Below are positions 1 to 8,517 of a DNA stretch of 39,077 nt, piece after piece. This DNA comes from a virus (Duplodnaviria > Caudoviricetes), in the IMG/VR virus record IMGVR_UViG_3300014775_001014, positions 1 through 39,077 of that record; one strand, 5' to 3'. Made by a program: the position numbers and the translations under genes. The first letter of the stretch is position 1. The number at the start of each line of letters is the position of its first letter. The notes below the pieces were generated by a model. That model was not told where the DNA came from. It ran no database searches and saw only the letters and a list, made by a program, of their open reading frames with translations.

Positions 1-15
1 GGCGGGGTTCGAAAA

Positions 16-40
16 GCCCCCTTTTCGGGGGCGTTCTTTC
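16..40. terminator. GC-rich hairpin, possible bidirectional intrinsic terminator
   Basis: GCCCCC-TTTTC-GGGGGC (16-32), followed by GTTCTTTC on + and TTTT on the - strand. Confidence 0.4.
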
Positions 41-123
41 AAAGGCGTTCTTTTAAACGTCCCTCCAAAAGCGTTCTCTTAAACGTCCCTCCAAAATCGT
101 CCATCCAAACGTCCCCCCAAAAA
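31..123 (+). repeat. Degenerate tandem repeat, about 7 units of 12-14 bp (CGTYCHYYYAAA)
   Basis: GCGTTCTTTTAAACGTCCCTCCAAAA (45-70) and GCGTTCTCTTAAACGTCCCTCCAAAA (71-96) differ by one base; flanked by CGTTCTTTCAAA, CGTCCATCCAAA and CGTCCCCCCAAA. Confidence 0.7.
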
Positions 124-256
124 CCCCCTTAACGTTATTATAAATCTCCCCCATTATAATAAAAAAACAATTTAACAAGCTATAAAAGTAATACTTGACA
201 CCCCTCTTTCAAAAATTATTTTTTTTAAATTTTTTAACCCCATACCCCTCACTCTT

Positions 257-299
257 TGTAACAAATTATACAGAACCCAAATTAAACCTCCATTACAAT
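257..299 (+). promoter_or_regulatory. Canonical class II NtcA-activated promoter (NtcA box plus -10)
   Basis: tGTA-ACAAATTA-TACa (257-272), exactly 22 nt spacer, then TACAAT (294-299); RBS AGAGG and ATG at 323 downstream. Confidence 0.65.
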
Positions 300-322
300 A
301 GAAGAAACTAAAGAGGTTTAAT

Positions 323-796
323 ATGGAAATTGGAATTAAGTATTCATACCCAGCAAAGACAAAATATTCGGATATCTCCGGAGTAGCTTCTTTCTATAAG
401 TCTAACCAAGGTGCTTTAAAGAAACTCCAAGAACGTTTTCCTGATGGTAACTATGTAATCAACCGAAAGCTTAAATTCGTAGAAGAATACGAAGCAGACA
501 CTAAACGTTACAACGCAGCCACATACATCTACGTCATACCTACAGAAAACTCTCTGGAACTTTCTATTGGTAAAGATAATCTAATTAAACTAATTTTTGT
601 CACTCCAGAAAAAAGATACCCTTTGAAACGTACCTATCCCATTAGAAGAGCGGAAGCACTCTGGAGATTCTTAAACTCTATCAATATGCTTCCCAGTCAC
701 ATCAAAACTAAGGATAGAAACTTCATAATTACTTTTGAAGGTGATAAAATTGAAAACAAAGGTCAACTACTGTTTAAACTGGGTAAATACGCATGA
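323..796 (+). CDS. Hypothetical protein, 157 aa
   Basis: ORF with AGAGG RBS; ATGA overlap with the next gene; no recognised motif. Confidence 0.75.
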   Translation: MEIGIKYSYPAKTKYSDISGVASFYKSNQGALKKLQERFPDGNYVINRKLKFVEEYEADTKRYNAATYIYVIPTENSLELSIGKDNLIKLIFVTPEKRYPLKRTYPIRRAEALWRFLNSINMLPSHIKTKDRNFIITFEGDKIENKGQLLFKLGKYA

Positions 797-1293
797 ATAA
801 ATCAAGAGTGACTGTTAGTATATTAACCATGATATTGGTTTCTGTGACTATTGCAGTGATTAATATCTTTTTGGGAGACTTTGAGAATTTAAAGATTACA
901 CTTCTACTTCTGTATATCTTCATCAGTGCGTTAAGTTTCATGTTCTATCTAATAGAAACTTTTGAAACTCTGGATATATACGATAATGAATTTCACATTT
1001 TGTTTTTGATTGCTTTCTTTGGAGTGTTTGCTTTTATCTATTATGAAACTATAGATAAACTGTACACTTTCTACGAAAAGAAAACTGAAAGGAACAGACG
1101 CATTGGAAATGAAATTTTGAAGTCTTTGATGACTAAAGGTGAAATTGACCCGTTGAGTTTTTACTATACTTTCTCTGATTACACTATAGAAGAAATTGGA
1201 GATTCTTTAGGTTATTTCATTAGAAAATACAAACTTCGCTCCAAATACTCAGAAGAGAAAGGTTACAATTTATACGTCCGTAGGGACAAATGA
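793..1293 (+). CDS. Hypothetical membrane protein (about 3 TM helices plus soluble C-terminal domain)
   Basis: Three hydrophobic stretches in the first ~85 aa; translationally coupled to the upstream gene; followed by a terminator. Confidence 0.75.
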   Translation: MNKSRVTVSILTMILVSVTIAVINIFLGDFENLKITLLLLYIFISALSFMFYLIETFETLDIYDNEFHILFLIAFFGVFAFIYYETIDKLYTFYEKKTERNRRIGNEILKSLMTKGEIDPLSFYYTFSDYTIEEIGDSLGYFIRKYKLRSKYSEEKGYNLYVRRDK

Positions 1294-1300
1294 TTCTTCT

Positions 1301-1330
1301 AAAGCTATCCTCAACTGGATAGTTTTTTTT
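1301..1330 (+). terminator. Intrinsic terminator
   Basis: AAAGCTATCC-TCAACT-GGATAGTTTT followed by a T-run. Confidence 0.75.
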
Positions 1331-1344
1331 ATTTTTTTCCTAAA

Positions 1345-1352
1345 TATAAATA
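1345..1352 (+). promoter_or_regulatory. T4-type late promoter
   Basis: Exact TATAAATA in an intergenic gap 30 nt upstream of ATG 1383. Confidence 0.7.
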
Positions 1353-1382
1353 GTTTTGAAGATTTATAATAGTTTTTATAAA

Positions 1383-1967
1383 ATGGCAAAATATATTCCA
1401 GTTAGACAATATCTTAGGGAAGACCAGTACGATTCCTACGAAGTTGTTGATAGTCTCTTTGAAGGTTATATAACCGTAGAACAGGCTTGTGACTTGGTAG
1501 AAGAAGGCTTAGTTGACCATTATGAGTTAGCTGAAGCTTTAACTGAGTACGGCATCGAACCTATCTACGAAGTTAATATACGTGACACTCTAACAGCGGC
1601 TGGTAGTGGCATTAAGAGCGGTCTGAAGAAGGCTTATAGAGCAGGGAGAAAGGCATACAGAGTAGGGAGAAATATTGAAAGAAAAGCAAAAGATAACTTT
1701 CAGGCAGGTATGTACGGATTGGGTGAATATGGAATTCAACAATCTCTAAATGCTTATGATAGAGCTCAACGTGAGAGGGATACGGGTCATCCCAATCAGG
1801 CTAGAATCGAAAAACACAAAAAGGCGAGTGACAGGTGGAATAGACATTCTGTCGCTATAGCCGACGCTCAGGATAGAATGTATGCTAACCGTAGAGCACT
1901 TAAAAACGCCAAAGATAAGGTCAAATTCGCCAAGAAGTATGGAACTCACTACGAAAGAATGGACTAA
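1383..1967 (+). CDS. Late protein with acidic N-terminal leader and basic C-terminal domain; candidate head-internal protein
   Basis: Start moved from TTG 1356 to ATG 1383; first ~65 aa D/E-rich with L/I-x-E motifs, remainder K/R-rich; N-terminus similar to 2005..2268. Confidence 0.7.
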   Translation: MAKYIPVRQYLREDQYDSYEVVDSLFEGYITVEQACDLVEEGLVDHYELAEALTEYGIEPIYEVNIRDTLTAAGSGIKSGLKKAYRAGRKAYRVGRNIERKAKDNFQAGMYGLGEYGIQQSLNAYDRAQRERDTGHPNQARIEKHKKASDRWNRHSVAIADAQDRMYANRRALKNAKDKVKFAKKYGTHYERMD

Positions 1968-2004
1968 AATATCAATATAAAAATATATTAAACAGAGGAA
2001 AATA

Positions 2005-2268
2005 ATGACATTAGCAGAATCCCTAACTTACGCAAAGCGTGAGCAATTAGAAGAAAACGAATACTACACAATCGATGAAGTAGTTCAACTCTTTCATGAA
2101 GGCTATCTAGACGAGATTGCTTTAGCAGAACTAGTTGAAGAAGGTTGGGTAGAAGACGAAGTATTAACAGAAGCCTTAGATAATTTTTACGGAGGTGAGG
2201 TATTAAACGAGGCTGTAACTCCTGGAGTTGCCGAAGTAGCAATGATTTTAGAACATCGAGTATTCTAG
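2005..2268 (+). CDS. Small highly acidic protein, paralogue of the N-terminus of the upstream gene
   Basis: GAGGA RBS; shared EVV..L.EGY......LVEEG.V....L.EAL pattern. Confidence 0.75.
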   Translation: MTLAESLTYAKREQLEENEYYTIDEVVQLFHEGYLDEIALAELVEEGWVEDEVLTEALDNFYGGEVLNEAVTPGVAEVAMILEHRVF

Positions 2269-2289
2269 AACAAAGACTAAAAAATTTTT

Positions 2290-2314
2290 AAAGTCCTCTT
2301 CGGAGGACTTTTTT
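2290..2314 (+). terminator. Intrinsic terminator with cUUCGg tetraloop
   Basis: AAAGTCCTC-TTCG-GAGGACTTT-TTT, the classic T4-type terminator. Confidence 0.9.
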
Positions 2315-2320
2315 ATATGC

Positions 2321-2349
2321 TTGCATTCTCAGGAGTCTTTTGATAGAAT
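2321..2349 (+). promoter_or_regulatory. Sigma70-type (early) promoter
   Basis: TTGCAT-N17-TAGAAT with extended -10 TG, directly after the terminator and before ATG 2373. Confidence 0.65.
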
Positions 2350-2372
2350 ATCGGAAGAGTTAAAGTATAAAC

Positions 2373-2861
2373 ATGATAAAAATACACTTGGCTAAAGACA
2401 GAGTATATGACCACGAAAAACTTAAAGAACTCGCTGATGAATTGAAGGCTCTATTTTTAAGAAACCCTAAGAACCAACCATCACTCACCTTTAAACAATC
2501 CTTCCAATTCTTTTATTCTTTTAGTGATGATTTTTTGGATTCTTCCGAGTTTTCCTTTTTTGGTTTTCTGAGGACAGTTCAATTTGAAATTTTTGAAGAC
2601 AAAAAAACAAATAAAAATATAACCCCAGAAGATGTCTTTTTGTGTTTTTGTTTGTTAGGCTTTGGAAGTAAAACTATCAAAGGTGCATTTCTGTGGAAAG
2701 ATGAATGGACTTTTGAGCCGTGGACTGCTCATAATTCTAAAAAACTTTATAATTCTAATAATATATTATGGGAACATTACTACCACAAAGATAACAAAAA
2801 AATCTTTAGCCGAGGCTTAGGTAAAGCTATCTATAGCATTTATAACACTGATGAAAAATAA
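2373..2861 (+). CDS. Hypothetical protein, 162 aa
   Basis: ORF downstream of sigma70 promoter; overlaps the next ORF by 11 nt. Confidence 0.65.
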   Translation: MIKIHLAKDRVYDHEKLKELADELKALFLRNPKNQPSLTFKQSFQFFYSFSDDFLDSSEFSFFGFLRTVQFEIFEDKKTNKNITPEDVFLCFCLLGFGSKTIKGAFLWKDEWTFEPWTAHNSKKLYNSNNILWEHYYHKDNKKIFSRGLGKAIYSIYNTDEK

Positions 2862-3333
2862 AACTTGGAAAACTTACACAGTGAAAAGACCAAAACATAC
2901 AGCTAAGTTATACTATAAAAAGATCGAAAAACTCACAGACATTCCCAGTACAGCAACAAGTCTTATAAACAAAATCTCTGGAGAAGATAGTATTATCACT
3001 CTAAGGGGAATAGAAATTAATGAAACCTTTAATGAATTCCTGAGAGATAATAGCTATTCAAAATCTTGGATGGTTCTGGAAATGTGGGATGTGATGGTAT
3101 GGGACGTTAAATGTCGCAACTTACCGCCATGGAGTTGTCAGTTATTCTTTTATAGTTTGACTTTAGATAGACTCGAAAACAAAGCCAATCAAAAAGACAT
3201 GGCAGATATTTTCGCACTTCTTTTAAACGATGAATTCACCATTATAGATTGGAGAATAAACCTCCCCAAAAATTCATTTTCTAAATGCTCTTTAGAAAAT
3301 AAAATTCTTGATTTATTATTCTTACCATTCTAA
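2851..3333 (+). CDS. Hypothetical protein, 160 aa
   Basis: Tightly packed co-directional ORF. Confidence 0.65.
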   Translation: MKNKTWKTYTVKRPKHTAKLYYKKIEKLTDIPSTATSLINKISGEDSIITLRGIEINETFNEFLRDNSYSKSWMVLEMWDVMVWDVKCRNLPPWSCQLFFYSLTLDRLENKANQKDMADIFALLLNDEFTIIDWRINLPKNSFSKCSLENKILDLLFLPF

Positions 3334-3344
3334 TAGGAGTTAAA

Positions 3345-3800
3345 ATGAACACAATAATATTTAAAAAAATAGAATTCTCCAAAACAAACTCCTTCCCCAA
3401 AAAAATCAAAGATAAAGATTGGCTAAAGAAAAATATACATTACGATCTCCTATTTAAGTACATAACTCACGATCAACGTTATAGAGGCTCGGAGGATACT
3501 CTCACATTTAAAACCCTTTATAAAATTCATACCTTTGGAATCACCAAAGAGATAACAGACATAGACTTCTTTTTACCACTCTATGAGCTTCAGTTAAAAC
3601 TACCGTCAAACATAATTGAAAAACGTCTCCTAATTGGAATAACTCATGATGATGTATTGTTAAATATCTTTGAAGCCAGCTTAGAACGTAATGGTGAGAT
3701 TGTCAAAAAATTCTCCTATAAAGAGTCTCCCGATTGCCTATACTCCATAGAGAAGGAAATATTAACTACTTTAGACTCTAACTATTGGTATGAATTATGA
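3345..3800 (+). CDS. Hypothetical protein, 151 aa
   Basis: AGGAG RBS; tightly packed ORF. Confidence 0.7.
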   Translation: MNTIIFKKIEFSKTNSFPKKIKDKDWLKKNIHYDLLFKYITHDQRYRGSEDTLTFKTLYKIHTFGITKEITDIDFFLPLYELQLKLPSNIIEKRLLIGITHDDVLLNIFEASLERNGEIVKKFSYKESPDCLYSIEKEILTTLDSNYWYEL

Positions 3801-3829
3801 GTCATTTTTGAACTAAATATTAGTTATAG

Positions 3830-3853
3830 AAGAGACCCATAGGTCTCTTTTTT
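3830..3853 (+). terminator. Intrinsic terminator-like hairpin
   Basis: AAGAGACC-CATA-GGTCTCTT-TTTT. Confidence 0.7.
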
Positions 3854-3868
3854 AATGGAGAGAACTCT

Positions 3869-5914
3869 ATGACTTTTTTTAGACAACTAGAAACTGGCTC
3901 CTCTGGCTCATTAATTGTTCCTGAAGCCTTTCCTTTAGTGACCGATGGAGAACTAGACAATACTGTTTTTGTTGAGTCCGGAGAATACAAATACTCCGGA
4001 GATACTTTATATCAAGCTACAGACACCTCTTGGGTTCCTTCTTACTCTGTAGTAAATGGAAAAACCTTTGTTCCAGACTATAACGACGAAGATTTGTTCG
4101 AGCATGTGTGGACGGTACCTTCTGGAGATATAAGTGCGGATATCTATAGCTGGAGAAAGTCATTTCAAGTAACTTACGATGAAACCACAAGTGATGGTGG
4201 TACTCCTCCAGAATATACCACAACAGAGGTCACTGCTGACGCTGCCATAAGCTTCAGAACTCGCTTAGATGGAGTTAAAATCACTCCTGGAGATTGGGGA
4301 AGTCAAAGTAAACTCTATTACAGTGACACCTATACAAAATCTATAATGATTTCACCCAATGATAGTGTATCCCCAGGAGACGTTATAAACGGCAATACGG
4401 TCACTAACATAGTCAAAGGTACTTTGTATTATCTTTTAGAGTTTAGTGGCTCTAATGGCTTTTCTGAGGGGGTCTATGGCACTGTTAATGTTTTATGTGG
4501 TTATGGAATAAAAAATAAATTTGGAGTTCTTGGTTGGTTCTTCACAGACTTCAAAAAATATAAAATAACACCAGATTTTCAAAAGAAACTAGACATTGAA
4601 TTTTCTAATTTAATTGGAAACAGTAATATCTTGAATATTACTGATGACGAAGAAGAAACTCTTTACCAGAGTTGCTACAGTGAAATTGGAGCTAGAAAGT
4701 TAAAAAGTGCCATAGAAGAAATCTATAAAGAAGCAAAACTTTTAAATCTAAATACAACCTTTGACGCATTTGAGGAAACTTTTATATCAGACGGCATTGT
4801 AGATAACACTAAAATTGTTGTTGGTAGTGGTGTCAAAGGACAAAACTTTATAACACTTAAAGAACCCGTTGCTTTAGACCTATTGTTCCGAGGTGAATAC
4901 GCCTGGAGCATAAACATAGAGAACCTAGAGATTATTGGAGTCTCAGGGAACGTTTTAACGCTCTCTGGGGCACTTCCAACCACCTTCACGGACAAAAGCT
5001 TAAGATTAACTAAAAGTGCCGTTCTGAGGCGTTATAGAGACCTTCCAGCGTCTTCAAACCGAGTTAAGTACAACATAAGTGACTTCGACTCTTATAGTGG
5101 AGAAAACGAAGACTTTTTAAATCGAAAGAATTATAATTCTTTATTTGAGTCTTTCGGTAACAACATTGGTAAGTTTACTTTGACCTACAACTGGACTTTA
5201 TTAGATTGTAAAGACCCAGGACTTGCTGATGTTGACTCAACAGAAACCTTCATTAATGGAATTGGAAGTACTTGGGATTATCCTTCCACAGATTATAATG
5301 GAAAATTTTATATAGAAGGCTTAGCAGATCAACAATATAAATTGAATGTAACTCCAACATTTAATGGTTCATATTTTACTGGAGCTACTATTTCAGGAGT
5401 TTATACTAGTATACCTTTCACTCAGTTGTTTGGAGTTAATTCCTATGTAAATACAAATTATACGAATGATGCCGGAGTAACTGCTGTAGGTGGACTATAT
5501 GACTTCAGAAGTGAATTTCTAATTCCATTTGCATTTGATATTGGAGCTATTAGTGAAAGATTAGGTGAGTATGTTACTGAAGGAAAACTTTTCAATGAAT
5601 CTTCCTGTCTAATGACTTCCCCACTCACTAAAACTTCCACTGAGATAAAAGTAGATAATACTACCGGATTCTATAATTCTGGTTGGATTCTAATACCGAA
5701 GTATACAGTTAAGGAAGGACGGTTCAATACCTACGACTTTACAGAGTTTGAAGTTATTGCATACTCTAGTAAAACCATAAATACTTTTAGAATATTTAAA
5801 CGTGGTGCTTTTGGAACTCCAATTTTAGATTTTCCTTTACCGGATTTGGAAGATTCGGAGATGGAAAGCATACCCATAGTACAATTTGAAGGTTACGGAG
5901 GAATTAATGGTTAG
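3869..5914 (+). CDS. Putative virion (baseplate-associated) structural protein, 681 aa
   Basis: First gene of the PAAR-gp25-gp6 block; C-terminal 'EIKVDNTTGFYNSG...EVIAYSSKT...RGAFGT' module also seen in the two giant structural proteins. Confidence 0.6.
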   Translation: MTFFRQLETGSSGSLIVPEAFPLVTDGELDNTVFVESGEYKYSGDTLYQATDTSWVPSYSVVNGKTFVPDYNDEDLFEHVWTVPSGDISADIYSWRKSFQVTYDETTSDGGTPPEYTTTEVTADAAISFRTRLDGVKITPGDWGSQSKLYYSDTYTKSIMISPNDSVSPGDVINGNTVTNIVKGTLYYLLEFSGSNGFSEGVYGTVNVLCGYGIKNKFGVLGWFFTDFKKYKITPDFQKKLDIEFSNLIGNSNILNITDDEEETLYQSCYSEIGARKLKSAIEEIYKEAKLLNLNTTFDAFEETFISDGIVDNTKIVVGSGVKGQNFITLKEPVALDLLFRGEYAWSINIENLEIIGVSGNVLTLSGALPTTFTDKSLRLTKSAVLRRYRDLPASSNRVKYNISDFDSYSGENEDFLNRKNYNSLFESFGNNIGKFTLTYNWTLLDCKDPGLADVDSTETFINGIGSTWDYPSTDYNGKFYIEGLADQQYKLNVTPTFNGSYFTGATISGVYTSIPFTQLFGVNSYVNTNYTNDAGVTAVGGLYDFRSEFLIPFAFDIGAISERLGEYVTEGKLFNESSCLMTSPLTKTSTEIKVDNTTGFYNSGWILIPKYTVKEGRFNTYDFTEFEVIAYSSKTINTFRIFKRGAFGTPILDFPLPDLEDSEMESIPIVQFEGYGGING

Positions 5915-6230
5915 ACCTGCATCTGCCTTGGGGGACGTAGACAGTTTTAGTGCTTTGGGTTGCTGTATATTCCCTCCGGGAGTTGTTTCTCCAGTGGTGG
6001 GGAACGTTTTTATAAACGGAAGACCTGCTGCAAAATTTGGAGATGTTTTGAGTCCTAAATTTGGTTCTTGGGTTTGTACTGGAGGTGGGCCCTGTGTGCT
6101 TCCAAGGACTGTCACAAGCACCTCTAAAGTGTTTATAAACGGTAGACCTTCTGCCCATATAGGAGACTCCACAAACATCCCTAGCGGTAGAAGAATTGTT
6201 AGCGGTTCACCTAACGTACTATTAGCATAA
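5907..6230 (+). CDS. PAAR-repeat spike tip protein (T4 gp5.4-like)
   Basis: Three PAAR-type motifs RPASALGD, NGRPAAKFGD, NGRPSAHIGD; GGAGG RBS supports ATG 5907. Confidence 0.92.
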   Translation: MVRPASALGDVDSFSALGCCIFPPGVVSPVVGNVFINGRPAAKFGDVLSPKFGSWVCTGGGPCVLPRTVTSTSKVFINGRPSAHIGDSTNIPSGRRIVSGSPNVLLA

Positions 6231-6619
6231 TGGCATCTATAACTTCAAGACAATTTAAAGATATCAGCTTTGACCTCAGTAAGAATGTAGTTACTGGGGA
6301 TATTAAGGTTTTAAAAAATGCTGAAGCTATTAAAAACTCAGTAAAAAATTTAATAAGAACTGAAATTGGGGAGAGATTAACTAATAAATATATAGGAAGT
6401 AATATACATACCAAATTATTTGAATTAGATGCTTTATTCTCTGCATTAGAAATCAAAGAAAATATTTCGGAAGTTATAAAGACATTTGAAAAGCGAGTAA
6501 TTCTGAAAAATGTTGGTGTGAAAGTTTTAAATCACGAAGTTACGATTACTATAAGTTTCATTATTGTGGGGGAGCCCAAATTAGAAACTTTAGAGTTTAT
6601 TTTACTAAGAGAAAGCTAA
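6230..6619 (+). CDS. gp25: Baseplate wedge subunit gp25
   Basis: FKDI...AIKNSVKNLIRTEIGER...IKTFEKRV pattern; size and position before gp6. Confidence 0.9.
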   Translation: MASITSRQFKDISFDLSKNVVTGDIKVLKNAEAIKNSVKNLIRTEIGERLTNKYIGSNIHTKLFELDALFSALEIKENISEVIKTFEKRVILKNVGVKVLNHEVTITISFIIVGEPKLETLEFILLRES

Positions 6620-6623
6620 TACT

Positions 6624-8501
6624 ATGGACGCTCCATTAACTAGGCTAGAACAAAAGGATATTAAAGCAGTATTAAAGGAATACCTGAGAGTTCAGAGTGA
6701 CTTTACTGACTTTGACTATGAAGGAAGTAACCTAAATATCCTTTTAGACTTACTAGCCTACAACAGTAAAATAACCTCTTATAATATAAACTTAGTAGCC
6801 AACGAAGGGGCACTAGAAACCGCTACATTCCGTGATAACGTTGTAAAACGTGCTAAAGCTCTCGGTTACAATCCAAAGAGCTATACTTCCTCTAAAGTTA
6901 ATCTCAAAGTAACTGTAAACACAGAAACCAATTACGAAAAGATTGAGATAGCTAAAGGTTCAGTTTTATCTGCTATTAACAACAATAATGTTTACCTGTT
7001 TAATACAGAGAAAAAACTCAAAGGGCTCTTCAATGGTACTGTCGTATTTTATATAGAGGCTGCTGAAGGAAAATATCTCAAAAATAGCTTTACAGTATCA
7101 GATTTTACTAGGTTTATAATACCAAATAACTTTGTAGACATCGGCACAGTTAAAGTTAGTGTTTACGAAGAGGGAGAAGAGGTAAGATATTCTAGAATAG
7201 CTAGTATAGATAATATCACATCTAATGATAGAATCTTCTTTATAGAGGAAATAGATGACCAAAAATATGAAATAATATTTGGTGACGGTGTAATAGGCAG
7301 AAGACTACAAAACAATGAACTTGTAGTTATAGAATATTTGGTTACTTCGGGAAAATCTGCTAACAATATAAAAAACTTCTCTTTCACTGGGACAGTAACT
7401 GGTATATATGCAGACGGAAGTAGAGAAAATATTTCTGATGGTGTCACAGTAGAAATATTATCTACCCAAAGTACTGGCGGTAGTGACTTTGAAACTATAA
7501 ACTCTATAAAATTTAATGCTCCTAGATTTTATGCCAGTCAAAATAGAGCGGTAACTGCGAATGACTACGAGAGCATAATAAAGAAGAATTTTCCTAGCAT
7601 CGAAAATATTAAAGTTGTCAGTGGAGATGAGTTAAATCCTCCAAAATATGGGAAAGTTTACATATATTTGAGCTTAGAGAATAGAGCTTTAGATGATTTC
7701 ACTAAAGAAGAAATAAGAAGACTATTAAAAGACCTTAGTTTGTCTGGATTCAAGATAGAATTTTTAGACCCAGACTTCACCACCATTCTTTTGTTTACTA
7801 AAGTACTTTACGATAGAAGATTAAACAATAAGACTGAAGAGGAACTAAGAGTTATAGTTTCTGACGTAATTTCTGCATATAAAGATCTTATTACTGTCAA
7901 ATCCTTTGGTGGTAGATATGTAAATTCTCAACTAATATCTTCAATAACTAGAAGTGACGAATCATTAGTTAGTGTTGATATTGAACCAGTGATGCTTAAA
8001 ACCGTCTGTTTTGAGGTTGGAAAGGCTAGTTATAACATAGACTTCAAAAATCCAATAGGAGGCTGTTTAATAAGCAATTTGATATATGTAGATCGTGGTC
8101 TTTACATAAAAAATTATCAAAATAAAGTGTTCTTAGGTGATGATGGGGCTGGAAGAATAACAATATCTGCATACAAAAATAAAGTTTTAACTGTAATAGG
8201 ATATGTTGGAACTATAGATTATTCCTCTGGAACCATAAACCTTAATATAGAACCGGAAGAAGATATTTGTTTAGATATTTACGCACTCCCAGAAGATAAG
8301 AACATAAATGCTTTAGGAGATACTGTATTGGTCGTTAAAGACGGTGATATTGACGTTGAGCCCTCTGACAACCCCACAGACCTTGTTATAGACCTCCCAG
8401 AAGTAGAACCCCCATCTACAGAAAACGGAGATTTAGATGAAACTGACTTAACTCTAGACGACTTTGGCCCAGAACCAAAAGTTGCGGATAGATGCTTCTA
8501 A
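6624..8501 (+). CDS. gp6: Baseplate wedge subunit gp6
   Basis: FTDFDYEGSNLNILLDLLAYN, YEIIFGDGVIG, SIKFNAPRFYASQNRAVTANDY, GTIDYSSG. Confidence 0.95.
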   Translation: MDAPLTRLEQKDIKAVLKEYLRVQSDFTDFDYEGSNLNILLDLLAYNSKITSYNINLVANEGALETATFRDNVVKRAKALGYNPKSYTSSKVNLKVTVNTETNYEKIEIAKGSVLSAINNNNVYLFNTEKKLKGLFNGTVVFYIEAAEGKYLKNSFTVSDFTRFIIPNNFVDIGTVKVSVYEEGEEVRYSRIASIDNITSNDRIFFIEEIDDQKYEIIFGDGVIGRRLQNNELVVIEYLVTSGKSANNIKNFSFTGTVTGIYADGSRENISDGVTVEILSTQSTGGSDFETINSIKFNAPRFYASQNRAVTANDYESIIKKNFPSIENIKVVSGDELNPPKYGKVYIYLSLENRALDDFTKEEIRRLLKDLSLSGFKIEFLDPDFTTILLFTKVLYDRRLNNKTEEELRVIVSDVISAYKDLITVKSFGGRYVNSQLISSITRSDESLVSVDIEPVMLKTVCFEVGKASYNIDFKNPIGGCLISNLIYVDRGLYIKNYQNKVFLGDDGAGRITISAYKNKVLTVIGYVGTIDYSSGTINLNIEPEEDICLDIYALPEDKNINALGDTVLVVKDGDIDVEPSDNPTDLVIDLPEVEPPSTENGDLDETDLTLDDFGPEPKVADRCF

Positions 8502-8517
8502 TAGATTTAAAGATAAC

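Noticed and set aside
195-225. TTGACA at 195-200 as a sigma70 promoter
   Set aside because: No acceptable -10 at 16-18 nt spacing
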